From assembly GCA_951813565.1 (NCBI GenBank), contig OX638351.1, forward strand, positions 1,216,001 to 1,280,000: a DNA stretch of 64,000 nucleotides. Direction: 5' to 3'. Under the pieces are notes generated by a model that saw only the letters and a list, made by a program, of their open reading frames with translations, ran no database searches and was not told the origin of the DNA. Made by a program: the position numbers and the translations under genes. Origin of the DNA: an uncultured Poribacteria bacterium (GTDB lineage Bacteria > Poribacteria > WGA-4E > WGA-3G). Shown piece after piece: positions 9,458 to 20,851 of this stretch (position 1 is its first letter; each line of letters starts with the position of its first letter).

Positions 9458-10258
9458 ATGCAAATAGGTCTGATGGAGGGAACGATTCGGCGGGAAACGC
9501 TGCAAGAAACCCTTGATGCAGTGGCTGCACACAGCATTCACCATCTACAGTATCATCTATCTCCAGGTCCATCGCTTACCGAAATCCGCAGAGAGCTTGA
9601 CGCTCGGCAAATAAAGATTTCTGCCCTTTCCGGCACTTACAACATGATTGACCCTGATATTGAGAAACGTCATGCTGGCTTGCGTATGTTACGCTTTGTC
9701 GCTGAACAGTGTGAGCCGCTTGGTACATCTGTCATTACGCTTTGCACCGGTTCTCGCGATCCACAAAGTATGTGGCGCGCGCATCCTGATAACAACTCAC
9801 CGTCTGCATGGAAAGACCTTGTTGAATCTATGGAAAAAGCGTTGGAAGTTGCTGAGGAATACAAGGTGACATTAGCGTTTGAACCGGAAGTATCAAACGT
9901 GATTGACTCGGCACAGAAATCGCGCCGTTTAATTGATGAGATGCAATCTCCTTACCTTAAGGTTTGTATGGACGCAGCGAATATCTTTCATAAGGGTGAG
10001 TTGCCAAAGATGCGTGAAATTCTTGACGAAGCATTTGCGTTGCTTGGTGATGATATTGCTCTTGCACACGCAAAGGATTTGGATCGGGATGGGCAAGCGG
10101 GACATCTTGCTGCAGGGACTGGGTTGCTGGATTACGATCAATATCTCAGTTTGCTAAAGGAATGTGGGTATGGTGGCGCGGTTGTCCTGCATGGGCTTTC
10201 GGAAGAGCAAGTGCCTTACTGTGTAAAGTTTTTGCAAGAAAAAATTGATGCGTTATAG
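9458..10258 (+). CDS. Sugar phosphate isomerase/epimerase (TIM barrel)
   Basis: AFEPE, MDAAN, HAKD, AGTGLLDY motifs; SD AGGAG. Confidence 0.85.
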   Translation: MQIGLMEGTIRRETLQETLDAVAAHSIHHLQYHLSPGPSLTEIRRELDARQIKISALSGTYNMIDPDIEKRHAGLRMLRFVAEQCEPLGTSVITLCTGSRDPQSMWRAHPDNNSPSAWKDLVESMEKALEVAEEYKVTLAFEPEVSNVIDSAQKSRRLIDEMQSPYLKVCMDAANIFHKGELPKMREILDEAFALLGDDIALAHAKDLDRDGQAGHLAAGTGLLDYDQYLSLLKECGYGGAVVLHGLSEEQVPYCVKFLQEKIDAL

Positions 10259-10439
10259 GAATTGTCTGAACCAGGATTTACAAGATTTTTAGATTTGTAG
10301 GATTATAGCCAATTTACAATTAACGGCGTGCTTGGAAAGCGCGCCTTCCTGTGAATGTCCGAGGCGCAATGAATTGCGCGACTACAAACGGCGCAAATCC
10401 AACGAAAATTGTATAGATAATTTTAGATTTTACTGTAAA

Positions 10440-12080
10440 TCAGACGGTTTCAGACATACGTTCTGCTAACCGCGCAAGTGCTGGTGACCTATCCAATTTT
10501 TCAAGTTCTGCTTCAATAAGTGTGAATTGTTGCGTCTCAGCTAAGGCAGTTTTCATCGCCTCATCAAATTCGCCTTCGGTTTGCACATGAAACCCGCGTC
10601 CTGCACTAAAGAGTGAAGGCATACAACTATAGTTCCAACACCCAATATCGTTAAACTCCCCTTCAAGCAGATGTCGTTCCGTTCCGTATCCATGGTTGTT
10701 TAAGAGAAGAACAATCGGATTAAGTCCGTAACGGACGGTGGTTGATAGTTCTGTGCCTGTCATTTGGAAAGCACCATCCCCCACGATAACGAGCGGGCGG
10801 GTGTTCGGTGTGCTAATTTGCGCGCCAATGGATGCTGGCACAGCAAAACCCATTGAGGTATAGTAGGCTGGACTGATAAAATTGGTGTGTTGATGTATCC
10901 GCAATTCTGCTGCGCCGAAAAGACTATCACCTACATCGGCAATCACTGTGAGTTCATCACTAATGAATTCATTGAGATGTTGGAACAAACGTTCAACTGT
11001 TAGAGGTGCGTTAGACTTGACTTCAAAGGGTTTAGCATCTGATAATACCCACGCTAAGTTCGGTTTCTTTCGTCTGCGGAGTTGTGGTGAAATGAGTCCA
11101 TCAATAAAATCATCAAACATCACTGCTTCATAACTATGGTAACGGACAGAGATTTTTTCAGAGGTGGCGTAGATTGAGCGGGCACGGTCAAGGTTGGCGG
11201 TGTAAATCCCAAGATTCACATCTGTCATGAACGCACCGAGGATAATAACACAGTCGGAATCTTCAACAAACTCTCTAATTTCCTCTCTACCCATCGCTCC
11301 TTCATAAATTCCTAAGTAAAGCGGATGTGACTCTGGTATCACGGATTTGCCGAGGAGCGTTGCAACGACAGGGATACGTTTTTCTTCAACAAGTTTAAGT
11401 AATTTGTTTTGATAGCCGAATCTGTGAAGTTCTACCCCTGCAAGAATTACTGGATTTTTACTTTGATTGATGAATTTAACCGCATCGTCAACGGCGGCGT
11501 TCAGTGTTTCTGGATCGCTGACACGCCCGCCTGTTGAAGGGCGGCGGTAGAGCGTGCCGCGCACATCTACCATATCACGCGGGAGTTCTATGTATCCCGG
11601 ACGTTTATAGTGATACACAGCATCAAGCACCCGATCAATTTCGTTGAATGCGGTAAAAGGTTCATCAAGTAGGGCAGTCGCGACGGTGATTTCGTCATAG
11701 ATGCGTTGTTGTGTGTGGAAATCTCTGACTTTATGGTGGAGGAGCGCATCTTTACCGCGTTCTTTGATACCCGGCGCTCCACTAATCACAACAACGGGAG
11801 ATTTTTCGGCATAAGCACCCGCGATGGCGTTCACCATTGATAAACCACCGACACAATACGTAATACACGCAGCACCCATGCCTTTTGTGCGGGCGTAAGC
11901 ATCGGCTGCGTAACCAGCTGCGTCTTCACGTGTCATGCCGATGTGTTGAATTTCACTTTGCTCAATGAGATGGTAGAAGCGCAGTACATAATCGCCGGGT
12001 ATGCCGAAGATATGTTCAATATCGTAACTTTCGAGTTTTTTGAGTAGGTATTCGCCGATTGTTGGGGGTCTGTTGCGCAT
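10440..12080 (-). CDS. ipdC: ThDP-dependent alpha-keto acid decarboxylase (indolepyruvate/pyruvate decarboxylase family)
   Basis: FGIPGDY, AGAYAE, LLHH, GDGAFQMT...NNHGYG ThDP motif. Confidence 0.85.
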   Translation of the reverse strand: MRNRPPTIGEYLLKKLESYDIEHIFGIPGDYVLRFYHLIEQSEIQHIGMTREDAAGYAADAYARTKGMGAACITYCVGGLSMVNAIAGAYAEKSPVVVISGAPGIKERGKDALLHHKVRDFHTQQRIYDEITVATALLDEPFTAFNEIDRVLDAVYHYKRPGYIELPRDMVDVRGTLYRRPSTGGRVSDPETLNAAVDDAVKFINQSKNPVILAGVELHRFGYQNKLLKLVEEKRIPVVATLLGKSVIPESHPLYLGIYEGAMGREEIREFVEDSDCVIILGAFMTDVNLGIYTANLDRARSIYATSEKISVRYHSYEAVMFDDFIDGLISPQLRRRKKPNLAWVLSDAKPFEVKSNAPLTVERLFQHLNEFISDELTVIADVGDSLFGAAELRIHQHTNFISPAYYTSMGFAVPASIGAQISTPNTRPLVIVGDGAFQMTGTELSTTVRYGLNPIVLLLNNHGYGTERHLLEGEFNDIGCWNYSCMPSLFSAGRGFHVQTEGEFDEAMKTALAETQQFTLIEAELEKLDRSPALARLAERMSETV

Positions 12081-12143
12081 GGTGTCACCTCTCGCTGTGT
12101 TTGTTTTAATATCCGATCAGGATAATACCTTTCAGTGGTAACA

Positions 12144-13025
12144 CTAACCGATTACTGATGTTTGAAGTTCCTTATTATTAAGCAAATTCCATTCAAGTTC
12201 ATCTTCCGTTTTATGAATTAGGTATTTTCCCGACTCAAGAAGGTCACTTGCAAATTCATAATACGCTGGTACAATTTCAAAACCTATGTAGTGCCGTCCC
12301 TTCATTTTGCTAACGACAGCAACCTGCCCAGAACCCAAAAATGGATCTAAAACAACATCGCCTTTTTGGCTTGAATAATCAAGGATTTTATCGATGAGTT
12401 CAGCTGGCAATTTTGTTGGTGTTTTCACAGCACCTTGCCAATATTCTCTCTTGATTTCCCAGACATCCTCCTTGTCCTTGTAGTGTGCAGATCCACCGTT
12501 TTCAGTCTTTGCTTCTTTATCAAAGCGACGGTAAGGATAAAATTGTCGTTTTTTGTCGTTTTTACATAGGAAAAGGCAGTGGTAATGAGATGTCACGTAC
12601 TTACGCTTGGTAACAACGCCAAACTGATATTTCCAAATCAGGTGATTGACCGTTGTAAGTTCACACTCATCAATTGCAATCAAGAGGTCTTTCAGGTAAT
12701 TCCAACCTGAGAAGATATACATGCTGCCAGAATCTTTTAATACTCTTGTCGCTTCCGAAAGCCAATCAAGCGTAAAAGTTAGGTAGTCACTCCCTTCAAT
12801 TTCATTGTATCCTTGAAGAACGCGATTTCCTTTTCTATTATAGTTGTGCCGAGTAGCTTTGAAGTCAATGGCAAAAGGCGGATCTGTTATGACAAGATCA
12901 ACACATTCAGGTGGTATTTCTGACATCAACTCAATGCAGTCACCTTGTTTGATAGTATTTATGTACTCAGGATGTTTCATTTTTAACCTGCGTGCTATAG
13001 AAGCATCGCTTCCCCATTGATTCAA
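12144..13025 (-). CDS. DNA N4/N6 methyltransferase (beta class), orphan
   Basis: Catalytic TDPPF precedes SAM-binding DPFLGSG; start may be 12980. Confidence 0.9.
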   Translation of the reverse strand: MNQWGSDASIARRLKMKHPEYINTIKQGDCIELMSEIPPECVDLVITDPPFAIDFKATRHNYNRKGNRVLQGYNEIEGSDYLTFTLDWLSEATRVLKDSGSMYIFSGWNYLKDLLIAIDECELTTVNHLIWKYQFGVVTKRKYVTSHYHCLFLCKNDKKRQFYPYRRFDKEAKTENGGSAHYKDKEDVWEIKREYWQGAVKTPTKLPAELIDKILDYSSQKGDVVLDPFLGSGQVAVVSKMKGRHYIGFEIVPAYYEFASDLLESGKYLIHKTEDELEWNLLNNKELQTSVIG

Positions 13026-13471
13026 AACTGTTTGTCGCTATCCAATAGAATGGTGACGGGACCATCATTAATAAGTTGTACGTCCATCATTGCTTGAAAG
13101 GTGCCGCCTTGCGTTGGGATATTGAGTTGCTTTAAGGCAGTGATGAATTGTTCATAAAGTGTGTTTGCAACTTCGGGGCGCGCGGCATCAATAAAACTTG
13201 GACGTCGTCCTTTACGGCAATCGCCATAGAGTGTAAATTGTGAAACAACGAGAGCTGCACCACCAATGTCAAGTAGGGAACAGTTCATTTTGCCATCTGC
13301 GTCTTCAAAGATACGCAGATTTGCAACCTTGTTAGCGATATATTCCAATTCTGTTTCGGTATCGTCATGAGAAATACCGAGAAATATAAGCAATCCCGTA
13401 CCAATTTCAGAGACGAGTTCGCCGTTTACCTTGACACTTGCTGATTTTACACGTTGGATGACTGCTCTCAT
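13022..13471 (-). CDS. dtd: D-aminoacyl-tRNA deacylase
   Basis: [19 protein letters not shown]. Confidence 0.97.
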   Translation of the reverse strand: MRAVIQRVKSASVKVNGELVSEIGTGLLIFLGISHDDTETELEYIANKVANLRIFEDADGKMNCSLLDIGGAALVVSQFTLYGDCRKGRRPSFIDAARPEVANTLYEQFITALKQLNIPTQGGTFQAMMDVQLINDGPVTILLDSDKQF

Positions 13472-13769
13472 TTAGACCGTTTCCCCATAGATAAGATAAC
13501 GTGAGTATGATAATTAAATCCAAATGTAGATGTAGGTTGGGTTGAGGAACGAAACCCGCCAAATGCCATACGGGGAATGCCATAAGGCATTCATACCGTT
13601 GATTTGGCGCATTCATCGTTGATTTGAACTTGAAACGCTCTTATAGGCTCTAAATGTTGGGTTTCACCTGTGGTTCAACCCAACCTACGGGATTTATCAA
13701 ACTCATATTAAGATAGAATCCTTGCCGAAAATGAACAGAATGGTTGAATTTACTTTTCGCAGGCAAACC

Positions 13770-14711
13770 CTAAAATAACAACTTATTACCATCCATTTCT
13801 TGTGCTTTTTCGCCACCTAAAGTTAGACTGAACTGAAATCCGGGAAGGTTGTTAATTCCAATTTGGAATGCCAACGTATTGGAAACTTCATAACGGAATG
13901 CAAGACCGAGAATGCTTGAGAAGTTGACACCAGCATACTGGACTTCACGCGAAAAATCGGCGGCGAGCCACATGTTATCTGAAACAGCGATTTCACCACC
14001 TGCCTGCCAATTGAGCGTGAAAAAGTCAGTCGTCTTGAGTGCTTTTGAAGATAGGAAAATACCTGCCCCCGCGTGAACTTTAAAATACTTACCAAATCTT
14101 TGTGTGCCAACGAAATAGGTGTTGATACCAACAAATGGAAATCCGTCGATAGGACTATTATCAAGAAAATCATTATCCGAATTGAGACGGTCATCCGCTG
14201 TAAACCCGGAATACACATCGCCACCGACTGAGATACTCGGAAATCCATCGTTTTTTTCTGGTTTTAGGTTGTATTTGAGTCCGAAAAGTCCTTCGTATAG
14301 CGGTTGGTCGTAAACTCGTTTAGAGTTAAGCTCCGGGTCTCCAGTATTATAAAAATCGTGAACGACTTTGTGGACACCACCTGTTGAGAGTGTAGCGCCT
14401 AACTGCAAATCAAGTTGTTCGCTTAAACCATAAGTAAATCGGACGGGTATAACGAATGTCTCAATTTCGAGTGTAACACGGTGAGATTCTTCAAATCCAC
14501 CGATGACGACATTCTGGCTATGTTCGGGCAATAGTTCATTTTTTGAATGCTGGAACAAGCCGAAGGATGTAACAGATCCGCCTTTGCCTATCGTATCCGC
14601 AGTCTGCATAGTTGTAAGTTGAGAAGTGGACAATGTTTGTGCTAAAATCGGAGAACTAATTCCGATGAATACTAAAATGATTCCAATAGTGATGTGTTTA
14701 TTAAAGTGCAT
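13770..14711 (-). CDS. Exported protein, probable outer-membrane beta-barrel
   Basis: Signal peptide, amphipathic strands, terminal Phe. Confidence 0.55.
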   Translation of the reverse strand: MHFNKHITIGIILVFIGISSPILAQTLSTSQLTTMQTADTIGKGGSVTSFGLFQHSKNELLPEHSQNVVIGGFEESHRVTLEIETFVIPVRFTYGLSEQLDLQLGATLSTGGVHKVVHDFYNTGDPELNSKRVYDQPLYEGLFGLKYNLKPEKNDGFPSISVGGDVYSGFTADDRLNSDNDFLDNSPIDGFPFVGINTYFVGTQRFGKYFKVHAGAGIFLSSKALKTTDFFTLNWQAGGEIAVSDNMWLAADFSREVQYAGVNFSSILGLAFRYEVSNTLAFQIGINNLPGFQFSLTLGGEKAQEMDGNKLLF

Positions 14712-14742
14712 AGATTTCCTCTAATATCTTTATACCAAAATG

Positions 14743-15885
14743 TCAATTAAGTGGTTGTGCTTCAACCATCTCGCTTTCGTCTCGCTTACCATCGGGTCCA
14801 GGAGTATCGTCGAATGCGGTAATGAAGTAGGTTCTAAAAAATGCTTGCTGATTGACTACAATTGGGTCTTCGCCAGGAATTGTCAAACCGTTTTCTCTTC
14901 GTCCAGCAGACTGACGTGGCAGCAAATTGCCTCCTGCGTCTTTTGTATAGATTTGGTATCCTGCAAGGTCCCTCTCAGTATTTGCGGACCATGAAATAAT
15001 AGCATCGTACTTATTGTTAAAAAAGGATCGCGCTGCGTAAAAAACCGTAACATTTTTTGGTGGGGCAGGTGGCAAATGCGGAGAGGTGGCACTAATAGTG
15101 GTAATGGCTTCTACGCCAAACTCGTCAACAGCAGCTACACGATAAACTTTGGTTTCTCCATCTCCCCGAAAATTTACGTCAAAGTAATAGAGTTGATCCC
15201 GCTTTATCTCAGCAACACGTCTAAAAGCAAGTTCTTTTCCTGTCCCTTCATCCCTTGCTATATAAACACGAAAAAGAGAAAAATCGTATGAAAAATCGTA
15301 GTTTTCCCAAAATAGTTTGACGGTGAGATCTGATGGTGTTCCAAGCGTAACAACAGGGAGAGCAGGTGGAATGCTTGGTGTGCCGGCAACCGTTTGCCAC
15401 ACACGGAATGGTTCTTCTGTTGTACTGGGCGGGTTAGATGGATCTGGCGTTTCAACGCCATTTATATCAATATATGAGATGCGGTATTCATAAGCGAGAA
15501 CGCGTCCTAATGAATCTTTACGATCGTTTTCAATATTTTGTGTATCCACGAATTCGCTTGCCGGTGCATCAATCATGCCGACTAACTCAAACGGTTCATC
15601 TGAATTGGCTATTGAACGACGATAGATTCGATAAGCCTTGATACCTTCCTGCCCGATATCTGTCCAAGTCACACGTACTTGTTGGTCACCGGGGTAAAGC
15701 GTGAGTCCTTCTGGCGCCCCAGCTGTCCGCAAATTTTCTGAGTCAAGAGGGTTCGCGAAATCCTCGCTATTAGTACATCCTACAAATAGTAGAATTATTA
15801 GGAACAATGGTATACAGAGCACTGATGCTGTTCTTAACGAAAAACGGCGCGATTGCGTTTTAAAAAGACTGCGAAATAAATACAT
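14743..15885 (-). CDS. Fibronectin type III repeat lipoprotein
   Basis: Lipobox FVGC, NPLD, three FN3-like modules (W...YRIYR...Y). Confidence 0.75.
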   Translation of the reverse strand: MYLFRSLFKTQSRRFSLRTASVLCIPLFLIILLFVGCTNSEDFANPLDSENLRTAGAPEGLTLYPGDQQVRVTWTDIGQEGIKAYRIYRRSIANSDEPFELVGMIDAPASEFVDTQNIENDRKDSLGRVLAYEYRISYIDINGVETPDPSNPPSTTEEPFRVWQTVAGTPSIPPALPVVTLGTPSDLTVKLFWENYDFSYDFSLFRVYIARDEGTGKELAFRRVAEIKRDQLYYFDVNFRGDGETKVYRVAAVDEFGVEAITTISATSPHLPPAPPKNVTVFYAARSFFNNKYDAIISWSANTERDLAGYQIYTKDAGGNLLPRQSAGRRENGLTIPGEDPIVVNQQAFFRTYFITAFDDTPGPDGKRDESEMVEAQPLN

Positions 15886-15973
15886 TTATTTTCTCCCCGC
15901 AAAATGATTATCTATCTCATATTGCGGAATATGGCGTATACGACACGCCTTTTGGACAATAGAATAAGATGTT

Positions 15974-16510
15974 TTAGAAACGGTGTAAGAATTGTAGACT
16001 CGCACGTTGTTTTTCGAAATCAAAGTGTGGACGCACACTAAATTCTTGTGACTCACTCCAAAACCCACTATCTAATAATATTGGTGACGCGGTAAAGTTA
16101 ATTGGATAATGTGTATTGAATTTAACATTACTTTGTGTTTGTGATAATGGAGTAATCTCGATTGAAGCATTGTGCAACTGATTAAAGATGGATAGGATTA
16201 CAGCAAGTCCAATACATCCGAAACCGACACGAGACATTATAACACTCGCGTTTTCTCTGGCTACCACGTCATTTTTGTGGTTTTGAATATCATCTTGGAT
16301 TGCCAAAGAAAGATATTCCTCGTACCTACTTTCCGCAGAGGTATGCAGCATCGTACTGCCGACTTGCAAACCTACGCCAGATGCCAATAGGGTTATGGCG
16401 AGACCGTGCGAGCGGCGAGCAGCTTGTGCAGGTAGAATCGTCAAAATCAGGATAAAAATACAGCATATTCCTATGACAAACCGCTTCTGATTTGAACTAC
16501 AATGTTTCAT
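15974..16510 (-). CDS. Hypothetical exported/membrane protein
   Basis: Signal peptide, two hydrophobic segments, terminal Phe. Confidence 0.6.
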   Translation of the reverse strand: MKHCSSNQKRFVIGICCIFILILTILPAQAARRSHGLAITLLASGVGLQVGSTMLHTSAESRYEEYLSLAIQDDIQNHKNDVVARENASVIMSRVGFGCIGLAVILSIFNQLHNASIEITPLSQTQSNVKFNTHYPINFTASPILLDSGFWSESQEFSVRPHFDFEKQRASLQFLHRF

Positions 16511-16602
16511 TTTGGTTAATCCTTTCAGTTCAATTTAATACGGCTATTATATTAAGTGTACCCAATTTTTCTCCGAAAGTCAATGCTTTTTGAAATGTTT
16601 GG

Positions 16603-17209
16603 CAGAGCCATTCAATTGTATGGAAGTCATCTTGTTAGAGGGTTTTGTCCGCCCGATTTAACAACAAAAGCGTTTAATGTAAATGTCGGACGCACATTCA
16701 CCAAGCGCAATTCATTATGCCTCTTTTTAACGCCTTTTGAGGTGTTATTTCACACTTCTGTATTCAAAACTAAAAAATGAATGGCTCTGGACTCAATAGC
16801 AGGGCTATTTAAGTTTTAAGAATTATCAGTTAATGCGCGTTACTGAAAGTTTATATTGTCCGTTGGGTAGAGCTTGCGAAACCCGACAAATGCCAAAAAG
16901 CGCACTTGACGTTGATTTAGACATGGTAGTAGGCACGCTCCGCGTGCCGTCCGCTTTACATTTTGGGTGGACGGAAACCCACGGCGTGTGCCTACTACTT
17001 TGCATACGTATTAGTTTATATTAAAATGTGAAAAATATAGCCGAAAAACCGAAAACTAAATAACCCTGACTCAATAGCAGAGGCATTCAATTGTCGGTTT
17101 ATAACTCGTTTTAGTCGAAAGGTCGCGAGCTGGAGCTCGCTCCTACAGGAAGAGGTTTTAGGGAAAAGAAGAAATTATTAGAGAATTGAATGGCTCTGGA
17201 ACTCAATAG
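16603..17209. mobile_element. Stack of three MITE-like elements separated by repeated ACTCAATAG
   Basis: TIRs CAGAGCCATTCA/TGAATGGCTCTG and CAGGGCTATTT/AAATAACCCTG; ACTCAATAG at 16791, 17069, 17201. Confidence 0.7.
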
Positions 17210-17217
17210 AAAAATAT

Positions 17218-17246
17218 TTGACATCCTAAGGAATTTGGGTTATAAT
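17218..17246 (+). promoter_or_regulatory. Consensus sigma70 promoter for argF-thrC
   Basis: TTGACA-17-TATAAT. Confidence 0.8.
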
Positions 17247-17310
17247 TATCATTTCTTTTTTACCGAAGTCTCAGTAAAATACAGCGGATAAAAGCACTGG
17301 GGAGGCGATT

Positions 17311-18246
17311 ATGCACCTAATTACACTGAAAGACTGGCCAGAAACGGATATTCTTGAAACTGTAGAAAACTGCCTTAAGATCAAAAATTATCCTGAAAAA
17401 TATAGACATACAGCAGAAGGGTTAAGCCTTGCGTTGCTATTCCAGAAAACCTCTACGCGTACGCGTTGTGCGGGAGAAATTGGCATCGTGCAGCTTGGTG
17501 GACACGCGCATTATTTAGATTGGCGAACAACTAACTTCGGTTTGGCCGACCTCAGCGATGAAATTCGTGTCCTGTCTGCGTATGTAGATGTGATTTTAGC
17601 TCGATTCCTGAAACACGCAGATATCTGTGAGGCAGCGGCAGCATCTGTTCCTATGATTAACGGTTGTTGTGATAGATACCATCCAACCCAAGCACTCGGG
17701 GACCTCATGACAATACAGGAACATCTTGGTAGATTGGAAGGTATCAAAATTTGTTTTATTGGCGTTCACAACAATGTCTGCAATTCGCTGATTGCCGCAG
17801 GAATGAAGGTGGGGTTAGAAGTGACTGTCATCGCGCCAGAAGTAAACCCTGCTGCTGTTGATAAGGAGTTATGGTCTGCAGCGGAACAAAAAGGTTGCTA
17901 TAAAACGGTCTCTATAGATGCTGTTAACAGTGCTTTGGATCTGCAGCAAATCATCGCGCAAAACGATGTTGTCTACACGGATACGTGGATAGATATGGAA
18001 TTCTTCACGGACCCTGATTTTGCGGAGGAACGGGAACGGCGAATGAAAAAGATGATGCCGTATCAATTGAATTCTGCACTTCTTAAGGGACTTGATTGTA
18101 AGATTATGCACTGTCTGCCAGCACATCGCGGCTATGAAATTGTAGGTGAACTTCTTGACGATCCGCGTGCGATTATTTTTCAACAATCCGAAAACCGTTT
18201 GCATAGCATGAAAGCTATCATTCTCAAGTTGCTTGGGCATTCGTAA
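17311..18246 (+). CDS. argF: Ornithine carbamoyltransferase family
   Basis: STRTR, HPTQ, HCLP, SENR motifs. Confidence 0.9.
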   Translation: MHLITLKDWPETDILETVENCLKIKNYPEKYRHTAEGLSLALLFQKTSTRTRCAGEIGIVQLGGHAHYLDWRTTNFGLADLSDEIRVLSAYVDVILARFLKHADICEAAAASVPMINGCCDRYHPTQALGDLMTIQEHLGRLEGIKICFIGVHNNVCNSLIAAGMKVGLEVTVIAPEVNPAAVDKELWSAAEQKGCYKTVSIDAVNSALDLQQIIAQNDVVYTDTWIDMEFFTDPDFAEERERRMKKMMPYQLNSALLKGLDCKIMHCLPAHRGYEIVGELLDDPRAIIFQQSENRLHSMKAIILKLLGHS

Positions 18247-18284
18247 AGCGGTTGGTTCTTTTCGTCATTGTGTTGGATTAAAGC

Positions 18285-19433
18285 ATGAAAAACTATTTAC
18301 GACATCTTGAATGCAGCAGCTGTAATGAAGTCTACCCATACGAAATACCGCAAAACGTCTGTCATTCGTGTGGCAAACCTTTGTTTGCACGCTACACGCT
18401 CGGACAATTGGCTGATACATGGAGACCTGAGCACCTTCAGTCAAGACCTCCATCGCTATGGCGATATAGAGAGCTTTTACCCGTTTGCGACGATAATATC
18501 GTTTCACTTGGGGAAACAATGACCCCGCTAATCCATGCGAAAAAGCTTGGTGATCAACTCGGATTACCAAAACTTTGGATAAAGGATGAATCCCGCTTGC
18601 CGACTGGAAGTTTCAAGGCGCGCGGCTTAGCGATGGCTGTTTCTAAGGCGAAAGAACTTGGCATTAGCAAATTAGCTATTCCATCTGCAGGAAATGCAGC
18701 GACAGCGTTGTCGGTATATGCTGCGTGTGCTGGTATCCCAGCTCACATTTTTATGCCGACAGATACACCCGCCTTTAATCGAGAAACGTGTCGACTCTCA
18801 GGTGCAAACGTCACACTGATTGATGGCTTAATTACAGATGCTGGTAAAATTGTTGCTGAGCGAAAAACAGATGAAGGGTGGTTTAATGTTTCAACTCTGA
18901 AAGAGCCTTACCGTGTGGAAGGAAAAAAGACAATGGGGTTTGAACTGGCAGAACAGTTCGGTTGGAAACTGCCAGATGTGATAATTTATCCCACTGGCGG
19001 TGGTACAGGCATTGTGGGGATGTGGAAAGGTTTCGCAGAATTAGAGGCAATCGGTTGGATAGGTAAGAAAAGACCTCGGTTTATCGCGGTTCAGGCAACG
19101 GGATGTGCCCCAATTGTTAAGGCATGGGAGGAAGAAAAACCAGCTGCTGAACCGTGGCAAGATGCACAAACCATCGCAAGTGGGTTGCGGGTACCGCAAG
19201 CTATCGGTGATTTTCTTATTTTAGATGCTATTCGCAAAAGTAATGGTGCTGCTGTTGCTGTTACGGATAATGCTATTGGTCAAGCGATGCAATTATTACC
19301 AACGGCTGAAGGGATTTTGACTTGTCCTGAAGGCGCGGCCACAGTTGCTGCACTAAAACCGCTTATAGCGAATGGAATCATTAAGCCAACTGAGCAAGTT
19401 GTGTTGTTTAACACTGGCGGGTATCAGGCATAG
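18285..19433 (+). CDS. thrC: Threonine synthase
   Basis: N-terminal Zn ribbon, PTGSFKARG PLP lysine, PTGGGTG. Confidence 0.9.
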   Translation: MKNYLRHLECSSCNEVYPYEIPQNVCHSCGKPLFARYTLGQLADTWRPEHLQSRPPSLWRYRELLPVCDDNIVSLGETMTPLIHAKKLGDQLGLPKLWIKDESRLPTGSFKARGLAMAVSKAKELGISKLAIPSAGNAATALSVYAACAGIPAHIFMPTDTPAFNRETCRLSGANVTLIDGLITDAGKIVAERKTDEGWFNVSTLKEPYRVEGKKTMGFELAEQFGWKLPDVIIYPTGGGTGIVGMWKGFAELEAIGWIGKKRPRFIAVQATGCAPIVKAWEEEKPAAEPWQDAQTIASGLRVPQAIGDFLILDAIRKSNGAAVAVTDNAIGQAMQLLPTAEGILTCPEGAATVAALKPLIANGIIKPTEQVVLFNTGGYQA

Positions 19434-19498
19434 GAGAGTTTGAAGCAGAGTGTTGTCTCCGTGGGCACGCCAGACAACGCACCCACGGAAATTGTTAT

Positions 19499-20266
19499 TT
19501 ATCGGTCCTGTTCAATGTAATCGTACCTCGGTTTCGCCTCCTGGGCAGGATTCGCTCCTTCCATAGGATGCTGTTCAGCAGGCGTGTTTCCACGGTTAAC
19601 ACGAGGCCCGAGTTTATAGGTGTGAACTTTTACAATCGGATATGGGCCATCAAATCCGATGATCTCTCCTTGTACTTCGACCTCATTATTACCCTTTGTA
19701 GTATCAATTCTCAACTGGTCGAATTCTGGAGATGTCTTAAAAACAAATTTCTGTCCGTTGTTTCCAACATTCAGTGCGTGATGAATTTCAGAAGTATGCG
19801 GTCTCCAACGCGCCCATCCCGGTACATCGCGGAGATTACCTCGTGACCATCCGGGGTGCGCAAACAGAGTGCCTGTAATTGTGGCTTCAGTCTTTAGGAG
19901 ACGGACCTGTCCGAGTCCATGTCGTCCGCGATAGCGCGTATCTCTCAACTGTCGCATAATGTCATAGGCGTCAAAGGTATGTGTTCTGCTATATTTTGAA
20001 ACGCCTTGTCTCGGTTTTACTTCCACAACAGTTGTGAAAAGTCTTTTTTTACCATTCTTGTCTACGGGGGTATGGAAGGTTACATCTTTTGCGTCTGCCC
20101 AAGGTGTCAACAATCTTCGGATTTGGATGGCATCCGCATGACTAACAACATCTGTAATTTCTATTTTCAAGGTTTGTAATTCTGCTATACTCTGCGTACT
20201 AATGCCACTCAGCAGAAATAGAAACATTGTTACACAGATGATACTGCTGAAATATGCGCGTTTCAT
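19499..20266 (-). CDS. Hypothetical exported protein
   Basis: Signal peptide; TTGCAA..TATAAT promoter and GAGG SD upstream. Confidence 0.6.
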   Translation of the reverse strand: MKRAYFSSIICVTMFLFLLSGISTQSIAELQTLKIEITDVVSHADAIQIRRLLTPWADAKDVTFHTPVDKNGKKRLFTTVVEVKPRQGVSKYSRTHTFDAYDIMRQLRDTRYRGRHGLGQVRLLKTEATITGTLFAHPGWSRGNLRDVPGWARWRPHTSEIHHALNVGNNGQKFVFKTSPEFDQLRIDTTKGNNEVEVQGEIIGFDGPYPIVKVHTYKLGPRVNRGNTPAEQHPMEGANPAQEAKPRYDYIEQDR

Positions 20267-20851
20267 AATGTGTTCCTCACTTGAATTTGGTTAAGTTTAA
20301 CATCCGTTACTTTCATTATACACTATTTCACAAAAAGTTGCAATGAATAATTTCTGAAAGGTGATTTCAACCGTAACAGAGAGAATTCATATCTGCAACT
20401 GCTCCAATCTTACATCTCATTGAGAGTATGTTGCTGAAGTACAACGTTTCCAGCAACCATTATAACCTAAGTTGCTACGGACAAGATTTCAAGTTAGCAA
20501 ACACTGCTTTTTACTGAAAAAACAAGGCTTTTTCGCTGATTCTTATGTTTTTTGTTCTAAAATCCAAATCAACACCAAATGCGCGTTTGGCATTTGGCGG
20601 GGTTAGAAACCCCTCCTACAAGAGCATTTGCGAAATAGGTGGCAACTTGGGTCATTATAGTAGATTTACAATTAACGATACACTGTCGTTTAGTGCGTTT
20701 ACAAAGCAACCTACAGTTTTAATCATAAAGTCGCGACCAGGAGGTCGCTCCTACAAAAGAGAAGAGGCGCAATGAATTGCGCGACTACAAACGTATCAAC
20801 TCAAAAGAAAATGTCTACTTATTTTTATAATTCACTATAGTTGACACGCAC

